The notes beneath the pieces are model-generated. The model made no database searches. It was given only the letters and a program-made list of their open reading frames with translations, and was not told the origin of the DNA. Position numbers and translations under genes: made by a program. Below are positions 6,005-16,507 of a DNA stretch of 25,906 nt, one piece after another (within the stretch, counting starts at the first letter, position 1; each line of letters opens with the position of its first letter). The stretch comes from a virus (Duplodnaviria > Heunggongvirae > Uroviricota > Caudoviricetes): IMG/VR virus record IMGVR_UViG_2740892258_000020; one strand, given 5' to 3'.

Positions 6005-6856
6005 TCACTGTGCAGTTTTCGCTGATCGATTTTCAGCTCTAAATTCAAGAACCGTTTCAATATTTCTTTCCTTCAGCATATCAATAACATTTTTATTCAT
6101 TTGACTATCACTGGTTAATAACTGGTAAACGTTGCTTCTCTCTTTATCAGAGTTTTCTTTAACAGCTGCTTTGCATGCCAAATGCTTATTGAAATTTTCT
6201 ACATCGCTAGTACAGGAATTTACGGCTGCTGATGAAATATCAGACGCTGAAGAAACACCATCATCCAAACGTTTTATAGCATTTTCTATACATGAGTTAA
6301 GGGAATAAACGACAACTGAGCGATACCCTTCAGACGCACACCATTCTAAATTTCTTGAAGGATCGAGTGGTTTTACTTCGCTGGATTGAATTAACTTGTC
6401 AAAAACTGACTTATATTCAATCTGTTTTTTATCTATAGCCCATACTTCAGTAGCTGATTTATAATTCCCCGTATGCCTATTAACATCAAATCCATGTTTT
6501 ATAAGCAAATCTGCCCATGAAAGATTTATTGATTCATTGTTATGAGGCCATTTTCCTGTCAGAACCGCCCCCATAGACCCCATATATCCGCCATATGATG
6601 GTATAGCACCATGGCTCAGTAACTTCTCAGCAACCACAGGGCAATTAATTACATAAGAGGCGTAAAGCCCATTCCATAAAGCCCCTCTATAGTAATCGCC
6701 ACGATTAGGTTCTTTTAAGTCGATAGCCTTTGATAATTGTTCACACGTTTTGCATGCATCAAAGTTATCCTTATTGCATTGCAATGAACTGGCAGCTGTA
6801 GGATTTACAGAGACTATTGAAAGCACTATGCCAAAAAACAAATTTATTTTTTTCAT
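6005..6856 (-). CDS. secreted/periplasmic cargo protein (283 aa) with N-terminal signal peptide, many Cys, and possible ankyrin-like repeat motifs
   Basis: MKKINLFFGIVLSIVSVNPTAASS signal-like N-terminus; motifs PVVAEKLLSHGAIP and ADLLIKHGFDVNRHTG resemble ankyrin repeat consensus (tentative). AT-rich; ATG 1 nt after the stop of the upstream ejection-protein gene. Confidence 0.7.
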   Translation of the reverse strand: MKKINLFFGIVLSIVSVNPTAASSLQCNKDNFDACKTCEQLSKAIDLKEPNRGDYYRGALWNGLYASYVINCPVVAEKLLSHGAIPSYGGYMGSMGAVLTGKWPHNNESINLSWADLLIKHGFDVNRHTGNYKSATEVWAIDKKQIEYKSVFDKLIQSSEVKPLDPSRNLEWCASEGYRSVVVYSLNSCIENAIKRLDDGVSSASDISSAAVNSCTSDVENFNKHLACKAAVKENSDKERSNVYQLLTSDSQMNKNVIDMLKERNIETVLEFRAENRSAKTAQ

Positions 6857-6857
6857 C

Positions 6858-9800
6858 CTATTTCATCTGCTCTTCAACTTTATTTAGTAACGGTGATATT
6901 GCCCACAGGTTCTGAAAAGGTAGCATTTTACGGACCGCGTGGGTTTGCTGGCTGTCAAATTCTCCGTTAAGTACACCATTCGCAACCGTCGCGGCATCAC
7001 CGCCAAGATCAAAGGTAGGACCAAGTAAAGCACCAATAGCATTACGACTCTGAAACCTTGATACCGGAGGCGCACCAAACATCGCGCCAAGACCAAACCT
7101 ACCGCCGCTTATGTTCTCAACGGTATTCAGCGGCTCAGAGAGCCAGCCAAGCATTCCGCCCCGGTCGATCCCCTCTTTCACAAGGTTATTCCAGCTGTAG
7201 TCAATATCGCGACCGCTTAACTTCTGTTTCATCATATAGACCATTGAGCCAAGCGCAATCGTGCCAAGCGCACCAAGATAGAATGCAGCATCGCCCTGCT
7301 GGATACCAGATACCAGCACCCTGTTATGCTGTGCGAAGATAAACGTTTTGAACTGCGTGATCATCTTCCAGCCTTCTTTACTAAAAAACAGCGGTGTATC
7401 ACCTACGCCAGGCGTTACAATCACTGAGTCTACATCTTTCAGCACTGCAGACTGGAAAATCTCTCTAGCGAAACGGTCATCCCACAGATGACTATGCCCG
7501 GTTAACAGCCCGTCCATATCCTCTCCGTGCTTCCCGAATTGCTCCCCGATTCGGCGCAGAACATCTTCATTGATGCCGACCTGTGCCATCTTCCGCATTT
7601 CACTTTTGGAGAGCGTGCCACCAGCAGAAACTTGGCGAGCCGCGTCAAGTATCCTCGACTGCACTATCATCCCGGACCATGATTTAAGTGCGCTGTTCCA
7701 CTGATTCATCAGCGTCCAGTTACCGAATTTCTGCGTCATCCAGTTCAGGCCTCGCTCAGCGGCGCTTCTCCGGCTATATGGGTCAGTAAGATCCGCTATA
7801 GCCTTTGTACGCGTAGACAGGACATAATCAAGCCCAACGGCCATTTCTCGCAAATCCCTGGTTGCAATTTTCACTGAGTCCATATTTTTAAGCATGCTTA
7901 CCATTGGTCCGAGAGATTTTCTCAGGCCATGCTGCATCATCGGTCGCATCAGATCAGTTGCAGCGGAGACAGTCATTCCACCAAGCAAACGGAGGAAGTT
8001 AATATTCCTAGCAACTCGCCCGGCACGAACAAAGAAACTGCGTGGATCTTGAGGTGCACCGTAAGTACCAAGCAGTCGATCACGCATAGCCGTAATATCC
8101 CTAATATCAGCCTCCCGTTGCTTCTCAAGAACTGCACGTCGTTTAGGCGTTTTAGCCTCTTTTATTAGCCGGGTATATTCCTCACTAACCTGACGGATTT
8201 GCTCCCCCATATCTTTACGGCCAAACTGCGCAGTCAGCTCAATTTCTGGTGCCACCTGCCGGAGATAACTTTCCATGATGTAGTTAACATCTGATTCAAG
8301 AAAATCTTCTATACGCTCATCAGGAATAAGCAGCGTTCTGCTTTTAGTGAAACCAGCCCGACCAACGAGTCTCTCTGGGATAATATCGGCTGGTACAAGC
8401 CCGGAAGGTGCACCTATTATTTTATTCACGATCTCGTCAGCAGCGTCCTCTGCTTCCTCTCGGGATAGAGGCTCCATCTGCTTCAGTGCTCGTTCGCGGC
8501 TTGCATTCAGCCTTGTGGTTGAATTTGCCCGTTTTTGCAGTCGGCGAAGCTCAGAACGATATTTCCGTGGATTATCCAGCAACTCCATATGGCGCTGATA
8601 GACAGGAAGCTCACTCTTTGCCTGCGCTATATCATCAAGGCGTGTTTTAAGGTCAGAGCTTTCTTTCATCATTCTTGCCTGAAGTTTTTCTGATGAAGTC
8701 TCGGCCAACTCTTTTTCTATTCTTGTAAGACGCGCCTGTGTGTCAGTCTCCTGAGATATAAGCTTATTTCGTTTATCCAGTTCTTCCATGAGTAGAATTT
8801 TTTTACCAGACCATTTCTCCGCTTCAGCGATTTCACTAGCGAGAGCATCAGCGCGCGGTGCCGATTCCTCTGCAGTTTTTAGCAATGAATTTATCCTTTC
8901 AATTCGCTGACCTGCCTTGTCAGCACCTTTGGCACTAATCCCTTGTATCCAGTTGGCAATTCGCCCTCTGAATTCAGTGCGGTCGGAAAGTATCTTATCG
9001 AACTTATAAATGCGGGGAAGATAACTTTTCGCCGTCACGACATCGATATCCTCAGGAAGGATCCCCAGTTCCTGCATACGGGCTTTTGTGGTCTCGAAAA
9101 TGGGGCGGATTCTGGCAGCTGCTTGTGAAACCTCAGGAATATCACTCTGATCACCACGGCGCATAGCCATGCCAACAGCTTCATTGAAATCAATAAAGTT
9201 CATCCTCTTCACGCCGCGGGCGCTAACAGATTTGCTGTACTGCTGGTAAGCATCACGAGTGGCTTCCATCTGCTTATAAAGCATGGCGTCGTATTGCTTA
9301 ATCTTAGTCTCGACTGCCGTAAACGTAGCCAACCCCTCATCATTTTTGGCGAAGAAATAGTTATTTTCGGCAAGCTGCTGGTTAATCTGACGGGAGACAA
9401 GAGATGGTGATTGCGCCAAGCGGCCAGCAGGAGTGACACTCAACGTTTTGTTAGCAAGTCCAAGTCCAGCGAGCTGTTCCTGATCGAGTGTGGTATTGAA
9501 AACCTGAGCTGCACCAATGCTTTGAGGAGAATCCATACCTCGCAAATGATTACCTACTGAGTTAACCACTGCCTCGCGCGCGCCAGGTCCAGCAAGTAGC
9601 TGTGCACCAGCACCAAGGATCCCACCAACGAGAGCATCAACAACAACGTTCGATACGCTCTCCATCGGTGAGCGAGCTTCCTGAGTGGCCTGTAATGCGG
9701 CCTCTGAAGCAACACTGCCAGCAGCATTCGCCAGGGCAAAACGCCCGGCTGTTTCTGCAATACGACCGCCACGAACGACAGCGCCGAACGGAATAAACAT

Positions 9801-10247
9801 AGAAATCGCATTGAATGGATCTGCTAATCTCATTGCTACAGAAGAGACTGTACCAGCAAATCCCAAGCCTGAATTGTATTCCATGTCAGCTCTCTGCTGA
9901 TCGATTCGATGTTTAATTGCCATTGTTTCTTCAGGCGAACCGGAGTTGATAAACGAATCTGCAAAATCTTCATAGCCTTTAATATCTGCTGCATCGTTAT
10001 CAAATGGGTTATATCCTTCAACCCTGTCAAACTGACTGAAAGGAGCACTGGCAATAAAGCTACCCAGCGTGTTATCTATACGAAATGCTGCTTGTCTAGA
10101 CCTTTGAACGCGTTGATCACTGGTAAATGGGTTCACAGCAGAAAGCAAAGAAGGTGTTTCCATATAGAAATTACTGTCATCAGGTGCTGCTATTTGCTGA
10201 ATATCCTCGCCAAGCAACTCTTTAGGATCCTGTTCATATATCGGCAT
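6858..10247 (-). CDS. large internal virion / DNA ejection protein (1129 aa), T7 gp16-position analogue
   Basis: Last and largest gene of the tube/core gene run; long coiled-coil-like central region (KTAEESAPRADALASEIAEAEK...); start overlaps the upstream gene stop. Assignment by position and size. Confidence 0.55.
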   Translation of the reverse strand: MPIYEQDPKELLGEDIQQIAAPDDSNFYMETPSLLSAVNPFTSDQRVQRSRQAAFRIDNTLGSFIASAPFSQFDRVEGYNPFDNDAADIKGYEDFADSFINSGSPEETMAIKHRIDQQRADMEYNSGLGFAGTVSSVAMRLADPFNAISMFIPFGAVVRGGRIAETAGRFALANAAGSVASEAALQATQEARSPMESVSNVVVDALVGGILGAGAQLLAGPGAREAVVNSVGNHLRGMDSPQSIGAAQVFNTTLDQEQLAGLGLANKTLSVTPAGRLAQSPSLVSRQINQQLAENNYFFAKNDEGLATFTAVETKIKQYDAMLYKQMEATRDAYQQYSKSVSARGVKRMNFIDFNEAVGMAMRRGDQSDIPEVSQAAARIRPIFETTKARMQELGILPEDIDVVTAKSYLPRIYKFDKILSDRTEFRGRIANWIQGISAKGADKAGQRIERINSLLKTAEESAPRADALASEIAEAEKWSGKKILLMEELDKRNKLISQETDTQARLTRIEKELAETSSEKLQARMMKESSDLKTRLDDIAQAKSELPVYQRHMELLDNPRKYRSELRRLQKRANSTTRLNASRERALKQMEPLSREEAEDAADEIVNKIIGAPSGLVPADIIPERLVGRAGFTKSRTLLIPDERIEDFLESDVNYIMESYLRQVAPEIELTAQFGRKDMGEQIRQVSEEYTRLIKEAKTPKRRAVLEKQREADIRDITAMRDRLLGTYGAPQDPRSFFVRAGRVARNINFLRLLGGMTVSAATDLMRPMMQHGLRKSLGPMVSMLKNMDSVKIATRDLREMAVGLDYVLSTRTKAIADLTDPYSRRSAAERGLNWMTQKFGNWTLMNQWNSALKSWSGMIVQSRILDAARQVSAGGTLSKSEMRKMAQVGINEDVLRRIGEQFGKHGEDMDGLLTGHSHLWDDRFAREIFQSAVLKDVDSVIVTPGVGDTPLFFSKEGWKMITQFKTFIFAQHNRVLVSGIQQGDAAFYLGALGTIALGSMVYMMKQKLSGRDIDYSWNNLVKEGIDRGGMLGWLSEPLNTVENISGGRFGLGAMFGAPPVSRFQSRNAIGALLGPTFDLGGDAATVANGVLNGEFDSQQTHAVRKMLPFQNLWAISPLLNKVEEQMK

Positions 10248-12994
10248 TATTTGCCCCCTGCGTATATATTGCTCGGAAGGTAATTGGCTGAACCATAACC
10301 GAATGGTTTGGTCAGATCTGGAGGAGTATATCCATCTTTATTGCTGAACTGCGGCAGCGGATTGCCTTCTCTCCGCACTCTAGCCTCATCAACACGCTGT
10401 TGCTGGAACTGAATGGTTTGCCTGTACATTGGAGATGTCAGCTGATCCGGCTTGAAACGAACAGGGAGACCATTTTCTCCAATATAATTTCTCGGTTCTA
10501 TCGCTCCGTTTGCGTCAGGCTGTAAAACCATAACAGCATAACTCCTATCCCTTGCCGTAAGGCCATCAGAAACAAGTATTAAGTCCGTATCACTGCGAGG
10601 ACCGCCAAAGGATTTTGATTTAAGCTCGCGTTTTTCCTGCTCCCACTGCCCCTGTATCCAGTTACCAGCACCATTATTTACTCCGTACAATGCCTCAGGT
10701 GCATACTTCATAACCTCTGCTTTGCCATTAACTGTAGAAACTCCCCAGGTGGTTCTGATCATGGCATTGGTCATTTTCTCAGCCTGTTCTGCATCGCCAC
10801 CTGTCTGTACAAAGTTAGCATCGTAAATTGTCTGGTAATCTCGCTGATAGGCCGCATTTGATTTTCCTGGATCGGTAATATCCGGAGACCACGAACCAAA
10901 GGAAGTCAGACTGCTGGCGTTATTTTGTGCAGCAGTTGCCCTCGCCGCGACATATTTTTTGTCTCGCATGGCAGTGGAAAGCATCTGTTTCATTCGGTCA
11001 TCCTGTTGGAACACCTGGCTGTAAGCCATATCAACAGCCTTATCCTCCGGCACGCCAGCGCGGGAATAATCGTAAACCTTGCCGTAAAATGCCATCGTAC
11101 TTTTATCAAGTGTTGCCGCTGCCGCCGGATTATTATCAAATAACTGACCGTAGAATTTTGCCATCGGGACAACCAGCGCAGGATCTCTTGATGTTGCTCC
11201 ACTGTTAAGCATTGTTTTAACCTGAGTTGGTATCATGCCGCTTTTAGTTGTGACGGTGACCAGTGTATTGATGCTCTGCGGATCAGATATGGAAAACGAA
11301 GGCGCGATATCCTGCGCGAAATAACGGTCTACCGCTGCCTGATTGTTTTTGTCGTTCGGGTCCAGCGGGAAGTTATTTTGCATTGAAGACACGAACCTGT
11401 TTCTTCCCTGCTGAATCTCCCACTCCCTATCCATCTCTTTAAATTTGGCCTGCATTTTCTCCCAGCGTTGCTGGTTAGCTGCAAATCCAGGAGCGTTTGG
11501 ATCCTGTGGACGTAAACGTTCAAGAATGTCTTGTCGTCCTTCTGGAGTGAGGTCTTTAGCGGCACCAATGACACCTCCATATTGTATCTGCGCCTGCATA
11601 TCCTTCCACTTCATAGCGCCAATGCGCGGACCATTGGCCCGGATAAAATCGTCCTCAGAAGGTAACTTCTCAGGTTTCAATCCTTCATCAAGGGCTGAAT
11701 ATGCATCTTTAACTACGGTGCTAAGCTGGTCCGCATACTGCTGGCGGTACTGATTTCTCAGCTCATTAGCCTGCCTCAATGCCTGTATTTGCATTTGAGG
11801 GCTCATAGCGTCAAATGCCGCATTGCCCGTATAACGCTTAGGTGAATCAAGGTTAGTTAGACCAAGGGATGCCGAGATACCAGTTTCAAGCTGTTCGGTG
11901 CTATAAGGCATACTGCCATTTTCGTGTTTAATAATCCCAGCACATAAAGCAGCTAGTGTCTTTGGGTTAGAGATATCAAGCTGATCATTCTCCCCAACAC
12001 CAAGCTCACTACACAATGCCCTAATATAAGCATCAGTATTATTACCATCACTAGCCGGAGCATAGCGATTAACAATCTCGCTAACGGTGTCATAGCCTTG
12101 ACGCTGGTAAGACAACATATTTTTACCCAACGCGCGGATTCCATGCTCAGGGGTAGCAAACGTTGCAAAACGTCCATCGCTACCGATCTGACCTTCCCAC
12201 GGGTTAGATTTGCTCGCTTCAATATTACCAGGGTTATTATTACGTAAACCACGAGCATCCAATGAATTACCATGTGATATTGCACGACTCACACCATCAA
12301 GATCCCCTGGCTCTCCATTAACCTGAAGAAACTCGTTGTATTTTTGAGCGATATTTCCTATCCATGCTTGCTGCCCCATTTGTTCCTTGAGCTGAGTTTT
12401 CTGCTGAACACGCCACCCATCAGGAAGCCCATGTGCATCAGCGTATTGATCAATAGATTCAAATCGCTGCTTGGCTAAATCGACAAATGCTTGGTTATCG
12501 CTATATAGCCCCGCAGACTGAGTGACAGCCAATGCATTTCCTGACAAATACGTTTGATCTTGGAATTGCTGAAACTGCCCAACTTCATATCGACGTGCCT
12601 GATTGTAATAAGACTGCATAGACTGCTGGAGTTGAAAGGATAATTTATTCCTTTCCTCACTTTCAGGAATTGAGCCTAATAATGCCTGAGCCCTTTCCTG
12701 CATATTTTTCATAACAGCGTCACTCTGACCAAGAGCGTTTTTACCCTGTTTAGAAATCAGCCCATTTTCAGGGTTGTTAATCTGGTCATCTGCAAATTGG
12801 TTAAATTGCAGTAACGCCTCCTGAGCCATAGCAACATTCGCTTTCTGCCTGGCTTCACCATATGCCACCGCATACTGATCTGCGACATTCGCCAGCACCT
12901 GACCTGCTTGAGGAACATCGAAGGTCTGAAAACCACCGGTTTGCACACCACGACTTTGCACCTGGCGTCCGGATGTAGTAGGAACAACTGGCAT
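10247..12994 (-). CDS. internal virion protein (915 aa), T7 gp15-position analogue; contains a conserved-looking block (LRNNNPGNIEASKSNPWEGQ...FATFATPEHGIRALGKN) that may be a cell-wall-interacting domain
   Basis: Position and size in the ejection-protein run; Gln/Asn-rich. Domain call is tentative recollection only. Confidence 0.5.
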   Translation of the reverse strand: MPVVPTTSGRQVQSRGVQTGGFQTFDVPQAGQVLANVADQYAVAYGEARQKANVAMAQEALLQFNQFADDQINNPENGLISKQGKNALGQSDAVMKNMQERAQALLGSIPESEERNKLSFQLQQSMQSYYNQARRYEVGQFQQFQDQTYLSGNALAVTQSAGLYSDNQAFVDLAKQRFESIDQYADAHGLPDGWRVQQKTQLKEQMGQQAWIGNIAQKYNEFLQVNGEPGDLDGVSRAISHGNSLDARGLRNNNPGNIEASKSNPWEGQIGSDGRFATFATPEHGIRALGKNMLSYQRQGYDTVSEIVNRYAPASDGNNTDAYIRALCSELGVGENDQLDISNPKTLAALCAGIIKHENGSMPYSTEQLETGISASLGLTNLDSPKRYTGNAAFDAMSPQMQIQALRQANELRNQYRQQYADQLSTVVKDAYSALDEGLKPEKLPSEDDFIRANGPRIGAMKWKDMQAQIQYGGVIGAAKDLTPEGRQDILERLRPQDPNAPGFAANQQRWEKMQAKFKEMDREWEIQQGRNRFVSSMQNNFPLDPNDKNNQAAVDRYFAQDIAPSFSISDPQSINTLVTVTTKSGMIPTQVKTMLNSGATSRDPALVVPMAKFYGQLFDNNPAAAATLDKSTMAFYGKVYDYSRAGVPEDKAVDMAYSQVFQQDDRMKQMLSTAMRDKKYVAARATAAQNNASSLTSFGSWSPDITDPGKSNAAYQRDYQTIYDANFVQTGGDAEQAEKMTNAMIRTTWGVSTVNGKAEVMKYAPEALYGVNNGAGNWIQGQWEQEKRELKSKSFGGPRSDTDLILVSDGLTARDRSYAVMVLQPDANGAIEPRNYIGENGLPVRFKPDQLTSPMYRQTIQFQQQRVDEARVRREGNPLPQFSNKDGYTPPDLTKPFGYGSANYLPSNIYAGGK

Positions 12995-13572
12995 CAGTAA
13001 CCTCCTATTTTGAATCGGGAGTCAGAATTCATAAAACCTGAGTTAGATAACATTGGCGTCCCACCACTAGATGTACTTCCTTTAGAGAACGGACTCCACG
13101 TTCCGCCGCCCAACTTATATGCACCGTATGCTTTTAGTGGTGCTGTTAACAAAGTGCTGGTCATCGATGATTTAGCAGCCGACTGAGCAGCAGCCCCCTG
13201 TGCCTGAGCATTCATTCCCTGAACCTGATACCCATATGCCTCACGCTGAGCATTATTCACTGTCGTTAACGCATCAAGAGTGCCGAACTGAGCATTATCC
13301 GCAAAAACGTCAAGAGCTGTTCCGCTACTTAATTCCGCACCGGTAGCCCCCATAGTGGCCGCCGCAGTGCCTGAGCGTTGACGCATTTCACGACGACGCT
13401 GATCTGCTTCAATATTCCCACGATTGATTGAATCCTGTGCCTGAGCTTCAGCAATTTCAGCATTCCGATCAGCTATGGCTGACTGGTATTTTGCCTGCTT
13501 GCTCTGGCTGTACATTGACGCGGCTGTGGATGCCACTGTGACGGCAACCAAAGCGATGGCTGGGTTACACAT
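12994..13572 (-). CDS. internal virion protein (192 aa) with hydrophobic N-terminal segment, T7 gp14-position analogue
   Basis: MCNPAIALVAVTVASTAASMY hydrophobic N-terminus, Ala/Gln/Gly-rich body, size close to T7 gp14 (196 aa), correct position. Confidence 0.45.
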   Translation of the reverse strand: MCNPAIALVAVTVASTAASMYSQSKQAKYQSAIADRNAEIAEAQAQDSINRGNIEADQRRREMRQRSGTAAATMGATGAELSSGTALDVFADNAQFGTLDALTTVNNAQREAYGYQVQGMNAQAQGAAAQSAAKSSMTSTLLTAPLKAYGAYKLGGGTWSPFSKGSTSSGGTPMLSNSGFMNSDSRFKIGGY

Positions 13573-14036
13573 TATTTTCTCTCCATGTGAAATCTGTGGA
13601 AATTAAGACCAATAGCACCATAAGGCGCGGCTTCTTCAAGCCTGAATCCAAGCCAGTGCAGCCATGCTTTGGCAACATGGTTTCGCTCGTCGACGTAGTT
13701 TTCCAGGCGCGGATAAACTGCCAGCATCTGCTGCAATACAGGGCGGCAGTGGCGCAGAAATGTCTTCTGATATTTTTCAATACGGCTGGTCCCGACCAGC
13801 CAGGGCGTACCATTGCCACCGATCATTGACGCCGGAGATACGCCAAACATGGTTACCAGTTCTCCGTTCGCGAACCCTGACCAGGCCATAGTCGCAGTAC
13901 GCAGACCAACACGCAGCGCATCTTCGGTAGTCATCAGTGATACCGCATACAGTTCGTCAATATCAGCCTGACGAACATCCGGCAAAATCATCTGAAGATG
14001 CTCTTCGGTTGCGGGAATAATTTGAACATCGATCAT
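13572..14036 (-). CDS. small virion-associated protein (154 aa), T7 gp13-position analogue
   Basis: Position between the tail-tubular-B-like and gp14-like genes with 1-nt overlaps on both sides; no motif confidently recognised. Confidence 0.35.
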   Translation of the reverse strand: MIDVQIIPATEEHLQMILPDVRQADIDELYAVSLMTTEDALRVGLRTATMAWSGFANGELVTMFGVSPASMIGGNGTPWLVGTSRIEKYQKTFLRHCRPVLQQMLAVYPRLENYVDERNHVAKAWLHWLGFRLEEAAPYGAIGLNFHRFHMERK

Positions 14037-16507
14037 CAGAATCCCCCAACAGTAAGGCGAGGAATAACGGCAAGAACAGACAGCGGCAACGGATCAAGCT
14101 GACGGATTTTTACACGTCCGTTTTTGCCCCAGTTACTGTCCAGTTTCACTTCTACTTTTCCGGTAGCATCATCAACAGGATCATCGTAGAACTCGAATTC
14201 ACGCTGTGGATATTCGTACCATTTACCGCCGGGCGTAGTCGCCCAGATGCCGCGACTGGCATTCACAACCAGAGTAACGGAGGGGATCACCTGTTTTTTG
14301 TCCAGCAGCGTTTCCTGTCCGTTAATGTTGATATCCAGTGTTTCGAATTCAGCAGTTATTGGCAGGCCGATGTGCACTACAGCCCCCGGAGATTCCAGCG
14401 TGACGGCACCTCCGGAAACCACTTTCTGTGGTTCCACGTTCGCATCAGAGAGAATGTTTACGGTCTGGCCTTCAAGATGAGACAGGCCTCCAAATGTCCG
14501 GCGCGCCATCTGCCAGTTCGTGGTGGCCACATTCCTGAGGGATGGCGGGACGTTCCTGTTAGCACGAACCACTACAGCGGTATTGCTGGTTACAGAAATA
14601 ATGTCGCAACGTAATTCTTTTGACACTTCATCGCCAGTATCAGGATCAGTTCCGGTATAAGGGAACTGTAGTTGCGCGCCGACATCACTACTGGTGAAGT
14701 ACGCACCACCAGAAACACTGATTGTATATTCCGCACGGTAATCCCATTCACCAGAACCACCAGTGATGGTCATCGTTCTGTCAGACGTATTTCTTCCATC
14801 ATAGCTAAGGCCAGAATCAACAAAGAAAGCATCTTCATCGCTGGTAAATAAACGGCTGGACAGTCGCTCGATGTATCTCACTGTTTGCCCGTTAACGGTT
14901 CGGTTAATGACGAAATACACCGCATCTTCATTGCCTTCGCTGATACTGCATGTGCTTTCATATTTTCCGGTACTGGACTGTGGTGCCCATGCAAAAACCT
15001 GTTGATCACGCAAATAGGTCATCACCAGTAATTTACCGTCATCACGAATGCAGAAGGCGCTGGAGTAAGGGACAATAGAGAAGCACCAGTCAACAATGCT
15101 GTGCTTCTGAAAAAGATGATTGGCAAGGATAGTAAGGTCGTTCCCCTGATAGCCGTCAACATCGAATGAGTAGGCCAGATCACGGACAACACTGCCTTTC
15201 TCCTGGACGAACAGAGCAATATTCGCCACGGCAATTGGTGGGACATTGCTCGAACCATTTGATCCCTGAGAGCTGAATGCAAATGATGATGGAGTTAATA
15301 CTTTGTTCTGGTCGCCGGTGATGACGTACTCACCTCCGGAAGTCAGTGCCACCAGCGAACCGACATCAATCAGGTGGCGGATCTCATTAACCTGACGCCC
15401 GGCATAGGTGTAGATAATTCTGTCGTCATCCTGCGTAGGATTGCTTTTGCCAAAATCCTTATAATCCCCAGTACGGCTGGCCCAGATAGTCTGAGGGAAC
15501 GCTGTCGATGCGGCGAAGTAAAGACGTTGTTGATAATAAACAACCGTGCCAGGATAACCGTTAACACTGTTCCAGGCATATTTAGCCCATTTATAGCTGG
15601 CATTATCCTCGCCAACGACCTGCGAAGGGATATAGGAAATCACCTCAGCAGTTGCAGTAGTGCCATTTACAGCAGTTATACGGGCAATGCCAAAACCACT
15701 GTGCAGATACTCCCACTCAATGCCAGTATCATCATCACCGGATCCGCCCCAGCCATCCCATGATGTGCCTTCTGTATGCGAAGGGCGCAAAGTGCCTGTT
15801 TTGCCTGCTGTAACGGCGCGATAGTAGTTACTGTCTGCACGGCGAATATCGCCAATCGACGTACTCTTACTGGTTTCCCATACCGGCACAGAATCCACTG
15901 CAGGCTGTTCCAGATAGAACAATTTGCCTACCTGCTCCGCGCCAAAAATAGAGGCGCTTGCCGTTAACGTAATTGTCCCGGTGCTGGCGCTGGCATAAAC
16001 CGTCACTGACTCATCAATATTGATATCTTCAAATGGCCCGTTCTTCGTTACCACATCAACCAGTTGCCAGTTGTCATGCGCATAGCGGCGCAGCTCTTTC
16101 GGCGGGTATGCCGGGTGAACCAGCGTAAGCACGTCGGCGCTTTGCGTGAATTTAATTCGGAACAGATCGGCTTCAGTATATGGCGTGGCAATTTCATAAA
16201 TAACATTGCTGCTGTTCAGCACCAACGCACCATCTTTGATAACGCGCATGTACTGGTGTCCGAACTCCAGAGCATAAGTCTGAACCGTCGAGAATTGGAA
16301 CGGGATCAGGCGGCATTTCCGATTTGGGTATTTGGCGGCACCGACAAAACGCGTACCAGGTCGATTCTCAACGCCGCCATACTGCCGCACGATAAAGTTA
16401 TCGCACTTGCGCAATGCTACCTGGTACTTCGCCATGTCAATACGCCCGTACAACGACGGTCCAATCTCACCACCGGCAAAGCTGGGCTGGATCCAACTGA
16501 TAGCCAT
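14036..16507 (-). CDS. tail tubular protein B-like (nozzle) protein (823 aa)
   Basis: Size and position match T7 gp12; N-terminus (PSFAGGEIGPSLYGRIDMAKY...GGVENRPGTRF) loosely resembles the gp12 N-terminus as I recall it. Confidence 0.5.
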   Translation of the reverse strand: MAISWIQPSFAGGEIGPSLYGRIDMAKYQVALRKCDNFIVRQYGGVENRPGTRFVGAAKYPNRKCRLIPFQFSTVQTYALEFGHQYMRVIKDGALVLNSSNVIYEIATPYTEADLFRIKFTQSADVLTLVHPAYPPKELRRYAHDNWQLVDVVTKNGPFEDINIDESVTVYASASTGTITLTASASIFGAEQVGKLFYLEQPAVDSVPVWETSKSTSIGDIRRADSNYYRAVTAGKTGTLRPSHTEGTSWDGWGGSGDDDTGIEWEYLHSGFGIARITAVNGTTATAEVISYIPSQVVGEDNASYKWAKYAWNSVNGYPGTVVYYQQRLYFAASTAFPQTIWASRTGDYKDFGKSNPTQDDDRIIYTYAGRQVNEIRHLIDVGSLVALTSGGEYVITGDQNKVLTPSSFAFSSQGSNGSSNVPPIAVANIALFVQEKGSVVRDLAYSFDVDGYQGNDLTILANHLFQKHSIVDWCFSIVPYSSAFCIRDDGKLLVMTYLRDQQVFAWAPQSSTGKYESTCSISEGNEDAVYFVINRTVNGQTVRYIERLSSRLFTSDEDAFFVDSGLSYDGRNTSDRTMTITGGSGEWDYRAEYTISVSGGAYFTSSDVGAQLQFPYTGTDPDTGDEVSKELRCDIISVTSNTAVVVRANRNVPPSLRNVATTNWQMARRTFGGLSHLEGQTVNILSDANVEPQKVVSGGAVTLESPGAVVHIGLPITAEFETLDININGQETLLDKKQVIPSVTLVVNASRGIWATTPGGKWYEYPQREFEFYDDPVDDATGKVEVKLDSNWGKNGRVKIRQLDPLPLSVLAVIPRLTVGGF

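Noticed and set aside
5809-6060. Minus-strand 83-aa ORF antisense to the small-peptide ORF and spanning the bidirectional terminator.
   Set aside because: It crosses a terminator hairpin and has an Arg/Gln-rich low-complexity translation; the plus-strand signal-peptide ORF is the more plausible reading of this segment, though itself uncertain.
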